Assembly: GCA_020847985.1 (NCBI GenBank) | Contig: JADLBC010000025.1 | Location: forward strand, 24,124-88,123 | DNA: 64,000 nucleotides | Origin: Dehalococcoidia bacterium | GTDB taxonomy: Bacteria; Chloroflexota; Dehalococcoidia; Tepidiformales; Tepidiformaceae | Reading direction: 5' to 3' | Shown: piece after piece, positions 8,785 to 18,938 of the stretch | How positions within the stretch are numbered: the stretch's first letter is position 1 | How the letters are laid out: every line of letters begins with the position of its first letter | Program-made: the position numbers and the translations under genes | The notes under the pieces: generated by a model | What the model saw: the letters and a program-made list of their open reading frames with translations, nothing else | What the model was told of the DNA's origin: nothing | Database searches by the model: none

Positions 8785-11490
8785 ATGCCCGCAGCGCCCG
8801 TTCGCAAGCAACTACCCCCTGCGTACGAGCCTGCTTCGGTAGAGACGCGCATCTACGAGATGTGGGAATCACACGGCTACTTCAAGCCGCGCATCGACCC
8901 GGACCGGCCGCCGTACACGATCATCATGCCCCCGCCGAACGTCACCGGTGAGTTGCACCTCGGCCATGGGCTGGAAGACGCGATCACGGACGCGCTCGTG
9001 CGCTGGCACCGCATGCAGGGCGACCCCGCGCTCTGGCTGCCCGGCGAAGACCACGCCGGCATCGCGACCCAGAACGTGCTCGAACGCGAAATCGCCAAGG
9101 AAGGGCTCACCCGCCACGACCTTGGGCGGGAGGCGTTCGTCGAGCGCGTGTGGATGTGGGTGCGGAAGTACCGCCACCGCATTTCGGACCAGCACCGCAA
9201 GCTCGGCGCTTCGGCGGACTGGTCGCGCGATGTGTTCACGCTCGACCCGGGCATCGTGAAGGCGGTGCGGACGACGTTCGCGAACCTCTATCGCGACGGG
9301 CTCATCTATCGCGGCCTGCGCATGATCAACTGGTGCCCCCGCTGCGAGACGGCGCTCAGCGACCTCGAAGTCGATTACGTCGATGTCGCCTCGAAGCTCT
9401 ACTACGTGCGGTATCCCATCGTGGCGGAGGGCGGCATGCCCCTGCCCGACTTCGTGGTCGTGGCGACAACGCGGCCGGAGACGATGGTGGGCGATACCGG
9501 CGTCGCCGTGAACCCGGACGATCAACGGTACGAGGAGCGCATCGGTCGCCAGTTGATGTTGCCGCTGGTGAATCGCGAAATCCCGATCGTCGCGGACGAT
9601 GCCGTGAAGCCCGAGTTCGGCACGGGCGCCGTGAAGGTGACTCCCGGCCACGACCCGAACGACTGGGAGATTGGCCAGCGCCACGACCTGCCCGTGATCG
9701 TCGCGATCGACCGGCAGGGGCGCATGAACGACGAGGCCGGCCCGTATGCGGGCATGACCGCGGACGACGCGCGCGCGGCGATCCTCCGCGACCTGGAGGA
9801 TGAGGGCTTCCTGGACCACACCGAGGAGTACACCCACAGCGTCGGCCATTGCAGCCGCTGCAAGACCGTGCTGCAGCCCATCCCGAGCGAGCAATGGTGG
9901 CTGGACGTCCACAAGGAGTACGAACCCGGACGCTCGATCGCGGGGGCGGCGGCCGCGGCGGTGCGCGAGGGGCGGATCCAGATCGTGCCGCAGCGCTTCG
10001 AGAAGGTGTACCTGAACTGGATGGATAACATCCGCGACTGGTGCATCAGCCGGCAACTCTGGTGGGGCCACCAGATCCCCGTGTGGTACTGCGACAAGAA
10101 CCACATGACCGTCGCCGTCGAAGACCCCGCCGCCTGCGGTACGTGCGGGAGCACGGCACTCCGCCAGGACGAAGACGTGCTCGATACCTGGTTCTCGTCC
10201 GGGCTGGCGCCGCACGCCGACCTGGGTTGGCCAGACGACAACGAGGACCTTCGCTACTTCTACCCCACGAGCGACATGCAGATGGGGTACGACATCATGT
10301 TCTTCTGGTGCGCGCGAATGATCATGTTCGCGATGTACAACATGCGGCACCTGGGCGACGACAATGCCGTGCCGTTCAAAACCGTGATGTTCCACGGACT
10401 GATCCGCGACCAGCACGGCGAAAAGATGACGAAGTCGCGTGGGAACGTGGTCGATCCGCTCGTTTCAGCCGGGCAATTTGGCGCCGATGCGTTCCGCTTC
10501 GCGGTGCTCACGGGCGCGACGATGGGTGCGGACCAGAAGTACAGCGACGAACGGCTCGCGGCCGCGCGGAATTTCGCCAACAAGCTCTGGAACTCGGCGC
10601 GGTATGTGCTCGGCAAGCTGGGCGAACAGAAGGTCGCACGGCCGCACCCGCTCGATCGCGAGACCTACGCGATCGAGGACCGCTGGATCCTTTCGCGGCT
10701 GGAGCAGCTGGAGATCGATGTCGATTCGCTCCTGCGCGCCTACCAGCTCGGGGAAGCGGCGCGGCAGGTGCAGGACTTCCTCTGGAACGAGTTCTGCGAC
10801 TGGTACATCGAAATGACGAAGGTGCGCCTGGCCGCGGGCGACGAGCGGCCGCTGAAGGTGCTGGCGCACGTGCTCGACCATGGGCTGCGGCTGCTGCACC
10901 CGTTCATGCCGTTCGTCACCGAGGAGCTGTGGCAGGCGCTGCGGGAACACATCGAAGGCGACATGGCGAACGCGCTCATCGTCGCGTGGTTCCCAAAGAG
11001 TGGGGCGAACTGGAAGGACGAGCGGACCGAGGCGGCACTGGCGCACGTCATCGACGTCAACCGCGCGATTCGCAACATCCGCGCGGAAAAGAAGCTCGAT
11101 GTCGCCTTCAAGCCGGCCGTGTACCTGCGCGCGGGCGAGCACGCGAGCGCCCTGGGCGAAACGCTCGCCGCGACGGCGTTCACCTCGCGCGTGGAGCCAG
11201 TGGTGACCGCGCCGGATGCCGCGCTGCCGGCGGGCGAGTTCGCCTTCGCGCGCATCGCCGACACGGAGGTCGCGGTGGCGCTGCCCGCCGTCGACGCGGC
11301 GGCCGAACGCGCACGCCTGGAGAAGGAGTTGGCCGAGGCCGCCGCCTACGAGGAGCGGCTGACGAAGCAGCTCGGGAACGAACAGTTCCGCTCGAAGGCG
11401 CCCGCCAAGGTGGTCGCGGACATGGAGGCGACGCTCGCGGAGACGAGGGTGCGCGTGGCCGGCCTGCGGGAGCGCATCGCGAGCCTGTAG
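8785..11490 (+). CDS. valS: valine--tRNA ligase
   Basis: The 901-aa product has PPNVTGELHLGH (HIGH), KMTKSRGN (KMSKS) and a C-terminal coiled coil. Confidence 0.95.
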   Translation: MPAAPVRKQLPPAYEPASVETRIYEMWESHGYFKPRIDPDRPPYTIIMPPPNVTGELHLGHGLEDAITDALVRWHRMQGDPALWLPGEDHAGIATQNVLEREIAKEGLTRHDLGREAFVERVWMWVRKYRHRISDQHRKLGASADWSRDVFTLDPGIVKAVRTTFANLYRDGLIYRGLRMINWCPRCETALSDLEVDYVDVASKLYYVRYPIVAEGGMPLPDFVVVATTRPETMVGDTGVAVNPDDQRYEERIGRQLMLPLVNREIPIVADDAVKPEFGTGAVKVTPGHDPNDWEIGQRHDLPVIVAIDRQGRMNDEAGPYAGMTADDARAAILRDLEDEGFLDHTEEYTHSVGHCSRCKTVLQPIPSEQWWLDVHKEYEPGRSIAGAAAAAVREGRIQIVPQRFEKVYLNWMDNIRDWCISRQLWWGHQIPVWYCDKNHMTVAVEDPAACGTCGSTALRQDEDVLDTWFSSGLAPHADLGWPDDNEDLRYFYPTSDMQMGYDIMFFWCARMIMFAMYNMRHLGDDNAVPFKTVMFHGLIRDQHGEKMTKSRGNVVDPLVSAGQFGADAFRFAVLTGATMGADQKYSDERLAAARNFANKLWNSARYVLGKLGEQKVARPHPLDRETYAIEDRWILSRLEQLEIDVDSLLRAYQLGEAARQVQDFLWNEFCDWYIEMTKVRLAAGDERPLKVLAHVLDHGLRLLHPFMPFVTEELWQALREHIEGDMANALIVAWFPKSGANWKDERTEAALAHVIDVNRAIRNIRAEKKLDVAFKPAVYLRAGEHASALGETLAATAFTSRVEPVVTAPDAALPAGEFAFARIADTEVAVALPAVDAAAERARLEKELAEAAAYEERLTKQLGNEQFRSKAPAKVVADMEATLAETRVRVAGLRERIASL

Positions 11491-11515
11491 GGTCCGACTC
11501 CCGCGAGCGCGGACG

Positions 11516-11709
11516 TGCCCAAAGCCCCGCGATGCCATTCGACTGGTCGAGCGTGACGGTTAGTACCTGGTCCGAATCACGGGCAGCCACCGGATCTACC
11601 GCCATCCGGCGAAACCGGGCTCCGTTACCATCGCCGGCCCGGCCGTGACATGGCCACCCGGACGTGGATTAGCATATTGAAACAGCCGGGGCGGAGGCGG
11701 AACGCATGA
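11516..11709 (+). pseudogene. hicA: hicA-like toxin gene, disrupted by an in-frame TAG and a 1-nt frameshift
   Basis: From GTG 11516 the reading is MPKPRDAIRLVERDG-TAG(11561-11563)-YLVRITGSHRIYRHPAKPGSVTIAG. The HicA-like C-terminus GRDMATRTWISILKQPG is only in the -1 frame. That frame ends in a TGA overlapping the hicB ATG (ATGA at 11706-11709). Confidence 0.6.
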
Positions 11710-11921
11710 CCGCGTATTACGTCGGATTCGAACCCACAGGCACGGGCTTCTCGGCATACGTGCCCGACCTCCCGGGGTGCGTCGCCGCCGGTGACGACAT
11801 CGACGAGACGCGCGCGCTCATCCGCGAGACCATCGAAGCGCACGTCGTGTCGATGCGGCAGGCGGGGGAAGCGGTGCCGCGGCCCTCCATCGTGGAGCGC
11901 GTCGAAGTCGCGGTGGCGTAG
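11706..11921 (+). CDS. hicB: HicB-family antitoxin (UPF0150-type domain only)
   Basis: YYVGFEPTGTGFSAYVPDLPGCVAAGDDIDETRALIRETIEAHV is a typical HicB N-domain. Confidence 0.8.
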   Translation: MTAYYVGFEPTGTGFSAYVPDLPGCVAAGDDIDETRALIRETIEAHVVSMRQAGEAVPRPSIVERVEVAVA

Positions 11922-11924
11922 CCG

Positions 11925-14039
11925 TCAGGCGCGCTCGCGGCTGTTGATCCAGGCGCGAGCGAGGTGCAACTGCTCGTAGGTCACCGTGTCCCCCAGCGCC
12001 TCCTTGAGCGGGCCGAGCTGGCCGATGGGGCCTTCGCCGGCGGCTTTGCGAATGCGGCCGAGCGTGATCGTATCCACCCACGGGCTGACATCGTCGATCT
12101 CCTGCGCGAGCAGCAGGTCCACGACGTGCTGGGTGATGGTCTGCGGGCTGAGCCCACGCTGGCGGGCGATGGATTCGATGGTCTCGCCTTCCCGGAGGAG
12201 TTCGAGGGTGCGGCGCGTCGAAGGCGCGATGACGCGGCCGTTGCGCGCGCGGATGGGCACTTCGCGCTCGCCGGCCGCGGTGCGCGCGGCAGCCGCGGGG
12301 TTCGCGGATGGCGGTGGCGCCGCCCCGGCGGCGGAGCGCGTCACCGCGAGGAAGGCCTCGCCGTACCGTTCGTACTTCACGTTGCCGACGCCCGAGACGG
12401 CGAGCAATTCGAAGCGCGTGCGCGGCTTCTTGCGCGCCATCTCGTGGAGGGTGGCGTCGCTGAAGATGGTGAACGGCGGCACATTCGCATCCTCGGCAAA
12501 GCGGCGGCGAATCGCGCGCAGGGCGTGGAAGAGGCGGTCCTCCTCCTCATCGACGGCGCCGATGGTGTGGGTGGGCGGCGCGATGCAGGGGCCGCAGTTC
12601 CCGCAGGCGGCGGCGTGCGTGGCGTCGCCGAAATAGTCGAGGATGCGGGCGCGGAGGCAGGTCCTCGATTCGGCGTACTGCTGCATGGCATCGAGCTTCT
12701 TCAGGGCGTGCTCGCGGTGCGCTTCGAGGCCGGCGGTATCGATCTCGTTTTCGCCGGCCGGGCGGGTCGCCCAGGCGATGTACCCCTGCTTCCCGGCGAG
12801 CCCGGAATCCACCAGCGCCTGCACCGCCGCGTTGATGCCCGGCTGGTCCTCTTCGTCCATGAGGTCGCGAATGTGCGTGCGCCGGCCCTCGTTCGCGACG
12901 AGCTTGCGGTAGACATCCACCACCATGTGGGCCTCGGGATGCGAGAGGTCGATGAAGTACTCGCGGAGGCCGCGGTCGCGGGCGGAGAAGAAGAGCACGC
13001 AATCGGCGGGTTCGCCATCGCGGCCGGCGCGCCCGGCCTCCTGGTAATAGGACTCAAGCGAATCGGGCAGGTCGTGGTGGAGGACCATGCGCACGTCGGG
13101 CTTGTCGATGCCCATGCCGAAGGCGTTCGTGGCGACGATGATGCGCAGGCTGTCGCGGGCGAAGGCATCCTGGATGCGGCGCCGGTCTTCGTCCTCCATG
13201 CCGGCGTGGTAGCGGGCGCAGCGGATGCGCTGGCGCTGCAGGTATTCGGTCAGCTCCTCCACCTTCTTGCGCGTGCCGCAGTAGACGACGGCGGACTCCT
13301 CGCCGAGGGTCTTGAGCTTCGCGGCGATGAGTTCGTGCTTCTCGCGGATGCTCTTCACGCGCACGACATCGAAGCGCAGGTTCGGCCGATCGAACCCGGC
13401 CACGTGGACCACGGCGTCGCGAAGCTGCAGGCGTTCGACGATGTCGGCGCGCACGAGGGGATCCGCGGTGGCGGTGAGGGCGATGATGGGCGGGTCGCCC
13501 AGGCGCGCGCGCATGCCGCCGAGGTCGCGATAGCTCGGGCGGAAGTCGTGGCCCCACTGGGAGATGCAGTGCGCCTCATCGACGGCGAGGAGGCTGACGC
13601 GGACACCGCGCAACGCGGCCATGAAGGCGCCATCGCCGAAGCGTTCCGGGGCGACGTAGAGGAGCTGGAAGCGGCCCAGCTGCGCATCCTGCATGACGCG
13701 CGCCTGCTCCTCGCGGGCCATGGACGAATTCACCGCCGCGGCCTGGACGCCAGCCTGCCCGAGAGCGTCGACCTGGTCCTTCATGAGCGCGAGCAGCGGC
13801 GAGACGACGACGGTGAGGCCACCTTCGAACAGCAGCGCGGGGACCTGGTAGCAGAGGCTCTTGCCGCCGCCCGTGGGCATGACGGCGAGCGTGTCGCGCC
13901 CCGCCAGCACCGATGCGATGACCTCGGGCTGGCCCGGCCGGAATTCGTGATAGCCGAACACATCGGCGAGCACCTTGCGGGCGGGCGCGAGGGCGCGCGG
14001 GTCGGCGAAGGGGGCCCGGGGCGGCGATGCTGCGGTCAT
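11925..14039 (-). CDS. recQ: ATP-dependent DNA helicase RecQ with HRDC and an extra C-terminal HTH-like region
   Basis: FGYHEFRPGQ, MPTGGGKSLCYQ, DEAHCISQWGHDFRP and a Zn-binding CGNCGPC motif are present. Confidence 0.95.
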   Translation of the reverse strand: MTAASPPRAPFADPRALAPARKVLADVFGYHEFRPGQPEVIASVLAGRDTLAVMPTGGGKSLCYQVPALLFEGGLTVVVSPLLALMKDQVDALGQAGVQAAAVNSSMAREEQARVMQDAQLGRFQLLYVAPERFGDGAFMAALRGVRVSLLAVDEAHCISQWGHDFRPSYRDLGGMRARLGDPPIIALTATADPLVRADIVERLQLRDAVVHVAGFDRPNLRFDVVRVKSIREKHELIAAKLKTLGEESAVVYCGTRKKVEELTEYLQRQRIRCARYHAGMEDEDRRRIQDAFARDSLRIIVATNAFGMGIDKPDVRMVLHHDLPDSLESYYQEAGRAGRDGEPADCVLFFSARDRGLREYFIDLSHPEAHMVVDVYRKLVANEGRRTHIRDLMDEEDQPGINAAVQALVDSGLAGKQGYIAWATRPAGENEIDTAGLEAHREHALKKLDAMQQYAESRTCLRARILDYFGDATHAAACGNCGPCIAPPTHTIGAVDEEEDRLFHALRAIRRRFAEDANVPPFTIFSDATLHEMARKKPRTRFELLAVSGVGNVKYERYGEAFLAVTRSAAGAAPPPSANPAAAARTAAGEREVPIRARNGRVIAPSTRRTLELLREGETIESIARQRGLSPQTITQHVVDLLLAQEIDDVSPWVDTITLGRIRKAAGEGPIGQLGPLKEALGDTVTYEQLHLARAWINSRERA

Positions 14040-14100
14040 TGGCTCGCATTCTAGAACAAATGAGCGATAACGCGAGAGGCAACCGTGAAGATTTCGCCGC

Positions 14101-14661
14101 TTAGTAGGTGCCGCCGTACCGGTCCGCGAATTCGCGCGCGGTCATCGTATAGATCAGCTCGTCGTGGAAGCGGCCGCCGCTGAAGTGCGACTCGCGCAGA
14201 CGCCCGCCCGCGGTAAACCCCATGGCCTCGTGGAAGCGCTGCGACCGCTGGTTGAACGCGTACACGGTCGCGTGCGCGGCGTGATAGCCGAGTTCCTCGA
14301 ACATGTAGCGCAGGAGGAGGTGGACGGCTTCGCGGCCATATCCCTTCCCCTGGTCGATGCCGCCGATGGTGATGCCGTATTCGAACGAACGATGCCGGCG
14401 GTCGGCGCCGTGCACATTGATGAGCCCCACGAGCTTGATTTCGCTGAACGAGACGATGGCGAGCCGCACGTTGTCGCCGTCGGGGCCGACGGTGTGCTGG
14501 GATTCGGTCCAGGCGCGGGTGTCGGCCGCGCTCCGGGGAAAGCGGAGGTCGTCGCCCATGCGCTGCGCTTCGTGGTCGGCATCGAGGCGGGCGATGGCAT
14601 CCACATCGCCGGGTTCGATGGCGCGAAGGAAGACGAGCATGCCCTCCCAGAGCCCGGGCAT
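14101..14661 (-). CDS. GNAT family N-acetyltransferase (RimJ/RimL-like)
   Basis: GKGYGREAVHLLLRYMFEELG is an acetyl-CoA binding motif. The start overlaps the upstream MFS stop (TGATG). Confidence 0.85.
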   Translation of the reverse strand: MPGLWEGMLVFLRAIEPGDVDAIARLDADHEAQRMGDDLRFPRSAADTRAWTESQHTVGPDGDNVRLAIVSFSEIKLVGLINVHGADRRHRSFEYGITIGGIDQGKGYGREAVHLLLRYMFEELGYHAAHATVYAFNQRSQRFHEAMGFTAGGRLRESHFSGGRFHDELIYTMTAREFADRYGGTY

Positions 14662-15944
14662 CAGCGGCCCCCGGCGGGAGAAGCGGCGATGGCGGCTTCG
14701 CCCGCCTCGGCGGGGATGCGGCCCGTCTGGTAGAGGCGGCGAAGATGGGGTGCGAACGCCGTCGCGAGAACGATGGCGACGAACGAGAGGCCGGGCAGGA
14801 AGAAGAGCGCGGGTGCGCCCGTCCAGTCGGCGAGGGTGCCGAATCCGAGGTTCGCGAAGGCCATGATGCCGCCGGCCGACATGAGGTAGAAGCTCATCAC
14901 GCGGCCGCGAATGCCATCGGGAATGACCTGCTGGAGGAGGACGGCGGTGACGGCCATGAACATCGCCTGGGAAAGGCCCATGAGCACGGCGCTGAAGGCG
15001 GCGGCGGGCACGTTCATGCTCGCGGCCATCAGCATCGGCGAGACGCCGCTCGCGATCGCCGTCGCCAGCAGCATGCGCCCGCGCTGCCCGCCGGGGAACA
15101 TCGCGAGCATGAACGTGCCCGTGAGCGCGCCGATGCCGACGCCCATCGTCATGATGGTGAAGCCCGTCGAGGCCTGGTGCAGCTCATGGCGCGCGAAGCC
15201 GGGAAGCATCGCATCGAACGACATGGTCAGGGCGCAGTGCGCGACGACGAGTACGAAGACCGACGCGACCGGGCCGTGGTGGCGCACATAGCTGAGCCCC
15301 TCGCCGAGGTTCGCGAAAACCTGGCGCAGCGCCACGACATCGCCCCGGGATTCCGTCTGCACGCGCCGCACGGAGGTGAAGGCGACGAGCGCGAAGATGG
15401 CCGCGAGCAAGTAGGCGCCCCAGACCCCGACCGTGCCGAGGAGCGGCGCCGAGAGCAGCGGCCCGACCGCGCGCGAGCCGTGCTGCGTCATGCTCGTGAG
15501 CGCGACGGCGTTGCCGAGGTCCTCGGAGGGCACGACGTTCGCGAGCAGCGCCTGGTCGGAGGGGATTTCCACCGCGCGCACGACGCCCTGGGCGAGCGCG
15601 ACGGCGACCACCATCCACACTTCGATCACGTCCGTGGCGGCGAGCACGAAGAGCACCGAGGTCGTCGCGAAGGCGCCCAGTCGGGTGACCTTCACCAGCG
15701 TGCGGCGCTGCACGCGGTCGGCGATGGTGCCGCCGATGGGCGCGAGCAGATAGGGCGACATCGAGGCGAAGGTGGAGACGCCCACCCAGAAGGATGAATC
15801 GCTGAGCTTATAGACGATGTAGGCGTTGCCGAGGAGCAGCGTCCAGAGGGAGATGCTTGAGCAGGCGGAGCCGCCCCAGAGCGCGCGAAAGTCGCGATGG
15901 CGGGTCGCGGGGAGACGGTCGCTGAGCAGGGCGGCGAGTGCCAT
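14661..15944 (-). CDS. MFS transporter
   Basis: The product has multiple hydrophobic helices. The ATG at 15944 (MALAALLSDRLPATRHRDFRALW) was chosen over the upstream start of the track ORF. Confidence 0.85.
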   Translation of the reverse strand: MALAALLSDRLPATRHRDFRALWGGSACSSISLWTLLLGNAYIVYKLSDSSFWVGVSTFASMSPYLLAPIGGTIADRVQRRTLVKVTRLGAFATTSVLFVLAATDVIEVWMVVAVALAQGVVRAVEIPSDQALLANVVPSEDLGNAVALTSMTQHGSRAVGPLLSAPLLGTVGVWGAYLLAAIFALVAFTSVRRVQTESRGDVVALRQVFANLGEGLSYVRHHGPVASVFVLVVAHCALTMSFDAMLPGFARHELHQASTGFTIMTMGVGIGALTGTFMLAMFPGGQRGRMLLATAIASGVSPMLMAASMNVPAAAFSAVLMGLSQAMFMAVTAVLLQQVIPDGIRGRVMSFYLMSAGGIMAFANLGFGTLADWTGAPALFFLPGLSFVAIVLATAFAPHLRRLYQTGRIPAEAGEAAIAASPAGGR

Positions 15945-16186
15945 GCGCGGCACTATACGGCCTCGGCGATGGTGAGGCGTTGGTTCGATGTGACGAAAGT
16001 CGCTGGCGAAACCCGTCACGGACCGGCGAGCGGGCCGTGACGCCGATGACGCGCTCGCGGGTTGTTCACGCGGGAGCGTTCCATATACGAAGCAATGTCG
16101 CCTTTATTTCCGATTGCGTTTTGCAACGGGATCGCCATACCCTCGGAAGAACAACGCTCCCGGACTTTTTTCCGACCAGGTGACAG

Positions 16187-16963
16187 GTGAGAAAAGCGAT
16201 TCGCGCTCGCCGCCAGCAGCTGCTTGCGGCGTTTCTGATGGGCTTCATTTTCGCGGTGTTCGCGGGCACGCGGGCGGCGCGGGCCGAAGGCGCCGAGGCG
16301 GCCGTGGTGACGGCGGGCGCCGGCACGGTGGGGTACGACATCTCGTGGCCGCAGTGCGCCGGCCCCAACCCCCAGGGCGAGATCGGCTTTGCCGTCATCG
16401 GGCTCACGGGCGGGAAGCCGTTCACGCGGAACCGCTGCTTCGATGCCCAGTACCAATGGGCCCGGCAGACGGAGACGCACCCGGATGTCTACATCAACCT
16501 GGACTACCCAAAGGCGACGGACTGGAACACGTTCGTTGGCCCGGCGGGCATCTGCATGGGCGGGCAGGCGGCGTGCGCGGCCTACAACTGGGGCTACAAC
16601 TCCGCTCGCGATGCCGTCACGCTCGCGCGGATGAAGGGCATCACGCCCTCCGTGTGGTGGCTCGATGTCGAACAGGAGAACTACTGGTCGCCGGAGAAGG
16701 GCGCGAACGAGCGCGTGGTGGCCGGGGCGATCGACTATCTGTCGGCGCAGGGGCTGAGCATCGGCGTGTATTCGACCGGGTACCAGTGGGGCGAAATCAC
16801 CGGCGGCTACCGGCCGAACGTGCGCGCCTGGATGGCCGGCGCCCGCAACCTCGCCGAGGCCGAGAAGAAGTGCGGGCAGGCGAGCTTCACGGCCGGGCCG
16901 GTGGCGATGGTGCAGTGGGTGGAGACGTTCGACCGCAACCTGATCTGCCCGGCCGGACGGTAG
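16187..16963 (+). CDS. secreted GH25/DUF1906-like glycoside-hydrolase-fold protein
   Basis: The product has a signal peptide (LLAAFLMGFIFAVFAGTRAARA), then GYDISWPQC, WWLDVE and GVYSTGYQW. It starts with GTG. Confidence 0.6.
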   Translation: MRKAIRARRQQLLAAFLMGFIFAVFAGTRAARAEGAEAAVVTAGAGTVGYDISWPQCAGPNPQGEIGFAVIGLTGGKPFTRNRCFDAQYQWARQTETHPDVYINLDYPKATDWNTFVGPAGICMGGQAACAAYNWGYNSARDAVTLARMKGITPSVWWLDVEQENYWSPEKGANERVVAGAIDYLSAQGLSIGVYSTGYQWGEITGGYRPNVRAWMAGARNLAEAEKKCGQASFTAGPVAMVQWVETFDRNLICPAGR

Positions 16964-17071
16964 ATTCGAAGCTCCGCGCGCGGTTGCGCCGCTCCGATGG
17001 TGATGCGCGCGTACGACGAAGCCCCCTCCTCGCGGAGGGGGCTTTCATGCGGCGCCGGCGGCCGGCCTCCC

Positions 17072-18079
17072 TTACACGCGGTAGGGGTGGGGGCCGAAGT
17101 CCGCTTCGTAATACGGCGAGACGTGCGTGCCCGGCGGCACGAGGCCATCGATGATCTCGCGGTCCTCGGCGGTGATGGTGACATCGAACGCCTTCAGGTT
17201 GTCCTCAAGCTGCTCCATCGTGCGCGGGCCGATGATTGGGCTCGTGACGCCAGGCTGCTGCATCACCCAGGCGAGGGCGAGCTGGGACATGGTGATGCCC
17301 CGCGCCTTCGCCAGCGGCTCGAGGCCTTCGAGGGCATCGAAGATGCGGTCGTTCCAGCGGCGGCGCTGCGCGGGGTTGCTGTTGTAGGTGGCCCAGCGGC
17401 TGTCCTCGGGCGGCGGCTCGTCGCGGCGGTACTTGCCCGTGAGCATCCCCCCGGCGAGCGGGCTCCAGGGGATGAGCCCGATGCCGAACGTCTGCGCCAT
17501 GGGCACCAGTTCGCGCTCGATGCGCCGGTCGAGGATGTGGTAGGGCGGCTGTTCGCAGATGAACCGGTGGAGGCCGTACTCCTTCGACGTCCAGAGGCTC
17601 TCGACCACCTGCCAGGCGGCGTAGGTGCTGGTGCCGATATAGCGGACCTTGCCCGAGCGAACGAGGTCGTCGAGCGCGCGAAGGGTCTCGTCGGCGGGGA
17701 TGTCCGGGTCCGGGCGATGGATCTGGTAGAGGTCGATCCAGTCGGTGCCGAGGCGGCGAAGGCTGGCCTCGCACGATTCGATGATATGACGGCGGGTGTT
17801 GCGCCAGTCGTTGGGCCCTTCGCCCATGCGGCCGTGGACCTTCGTGGCCAGGATGGTTTGCTGGCGGCGGCCGTTCGCCTTGAGGGCGGCGCCGGTGGCC
17901 TCTTCGCTGCGGCCCGCGTTGTAGACGTTCGCGGTATCGATGAAGTTGATGCCGGCATCGATCGCGCGGTCGATGATGCGCGCGGAATCGGCGGCGGTGG
18001 TCTTGCCGCCGAACATCATGCACCCGAGGCAGAGGTTCGAGACCTTGATCCCGGTGCGGCCGAGGCTGCGGAGCTCCAT
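17072..18079 (-). CDS. aldo/keto reductase
   Basis: The product begins MELRSLGRTGIKVSNLCLGCMMFG and contains INFIDTANVY and IDLYQIHRPD. The ATG at 18079 is preceded by GGAGGAG. Confidence 0.9.
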   Translation of the reverse strand: MELRSLGRTGIKVSNLCLGCMMFGGKTTAADSARIIDRAIDAGINFIDTANVYNAGRSEEATGAALKANGRRQQTILATKVHGRMGEGPNDWRNTRRHIIESCEASLRRLGTDWIDLYQIHRPDPDIPADETLRALDDLVRSGKVRYIGTSTYAAWQVVESLWTSKEYGLHRFICEQPPYHILDRRIERELVPMAQTFGIGLIPWSPLAGGMLTGKYRRDEPPPEDSRWATYNSNPAQRRRWNDRIFDALEGLEPLAKARGITMSQLALAWVMQQPGVTSPIIGPRTMEQLEDNLKAFDVTITAEDREIIDGLVPPGTHVSPYYEADFGPHPYRV

Positions 18080-18176
18080 GGCTCCTCCTGTTTCGAGGGT
18101 TCTTCCGAGAATAGGGCAGCCGGCGGCGGAGAGGATCGCGGGCCGGCAGCGAATGCCGCGGCCGTAGAATCGCGGG

Positions 18177-18935
18177 GTGGACGAACGGCCCGCGCTGACG
18201 GTGGCATCGTTGAACCTCCACGGCATGAAGGCGGGCTGGCGGGAGCGGGCGCCGCTCGTGCTGGCCGCGCTTGCGGCCGAAGCGCCCGATGTCGTGCTCC
18301 TGCAGGAGGCCGCGCGCTGGCTGCCCCAGCCCCGGTGGCTCGCGTGGCGGCTCACCCGCGCGACCGGCCATCGCTACCGCGCACTGACCGTTCCCAAGAC
18401 CGGGTGGTGGTGGTTCGTGGAGGGGCTGGCGCTGCTGACGCGGCTGCCCGTCCTTTCGCACGCGCGGCTCGACCTGCGGGGGAACGAGCGCGTGGCGCAG
18501 CGGGTCACGCTCGCGGCGCCGGGCGGACGCGTGTTCGATGCCTACAACGTGCATCTCGCGCACCGCGGCGATGACGAAGCGCTGCGAACGGCGCAGGCGC
18601 GACGCCTCGTCGGCTGGATCGCGAACCGCGGGCCCGTGCCGGCCGTCGTCGCTGGCGATTTCAATGCGGACCCATGGTCGGAAACGGTGGGCGTGATGCA
18701 GGAGCGGCTGCGGTCGGCGCACGTGGCCGCGAACGGGGGCGAACCCGCGTTCACGGCGCCTTCGCACGCGGCCCCGGGCGAGGGCCGGACCATCGACTAC
18801 CTGTTCGTGAACGGCGGCTTCGCGGTGGAACGCTGTTCGGTGGCGTTCACGGGCGTCGAGCGAGATGGGCGGCGCCTGTACCCGTCCGACCATCTCGGGC
18901 TGGTGGCGCGGCTCACTTTCGCCGCCGGGGAATGA
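18177..18935 (+). CDS. endonuclease/exonuclease/phosphatase (EEP) family protein
   Basis: SLNLHG, VVLLQEA, GDFNA and SDHLGL are present. Confidence 0.8.
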   Translation: MDERPALTVASLNLHGMKAGWRERAPLVLAALAAEAPDVVLLQEAARWLPQPRWLAWRLTRATGHRYRALTVPKTGWWWFVEGLALLTRLPVLSHARLDLRGNERVAQRVTLAAPGGRVFDAYNVHLAHRGDDEALRTAQARRLVGWIANRGPVPAVVAGDFNADPWSETVGVMQERLRSAHVAANGGEPAFTAPSHAAPGEGRTIDYLFVNGGFAVERCSVAFTGVERDGRRLYPSDHLGLVARLTFAAGE

Positions 18936-18938
18936 GCC

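Noticed and set aside
11964-14054. A 696-aa plus-strand ORF opposite recQ. The same applies to the other long antisense or off-frame ORFs at 656-1798, 1858-3300, 8869-10416, 10041-11648, 17205-18893, 20231-21841, 24025-25959, 25985-27631, 42582-44213, 44509-45816, 45744-47564, 47580-49622, 50014-52029 and 52869-54116.
   Set aside because: All overlap genes with clear family signatures on the other strand or frame. Their translations are dominated by Arg/Ala/Gly/Pro/Asp runs, typical of stop-poor shadow frames in high-GC DNA.
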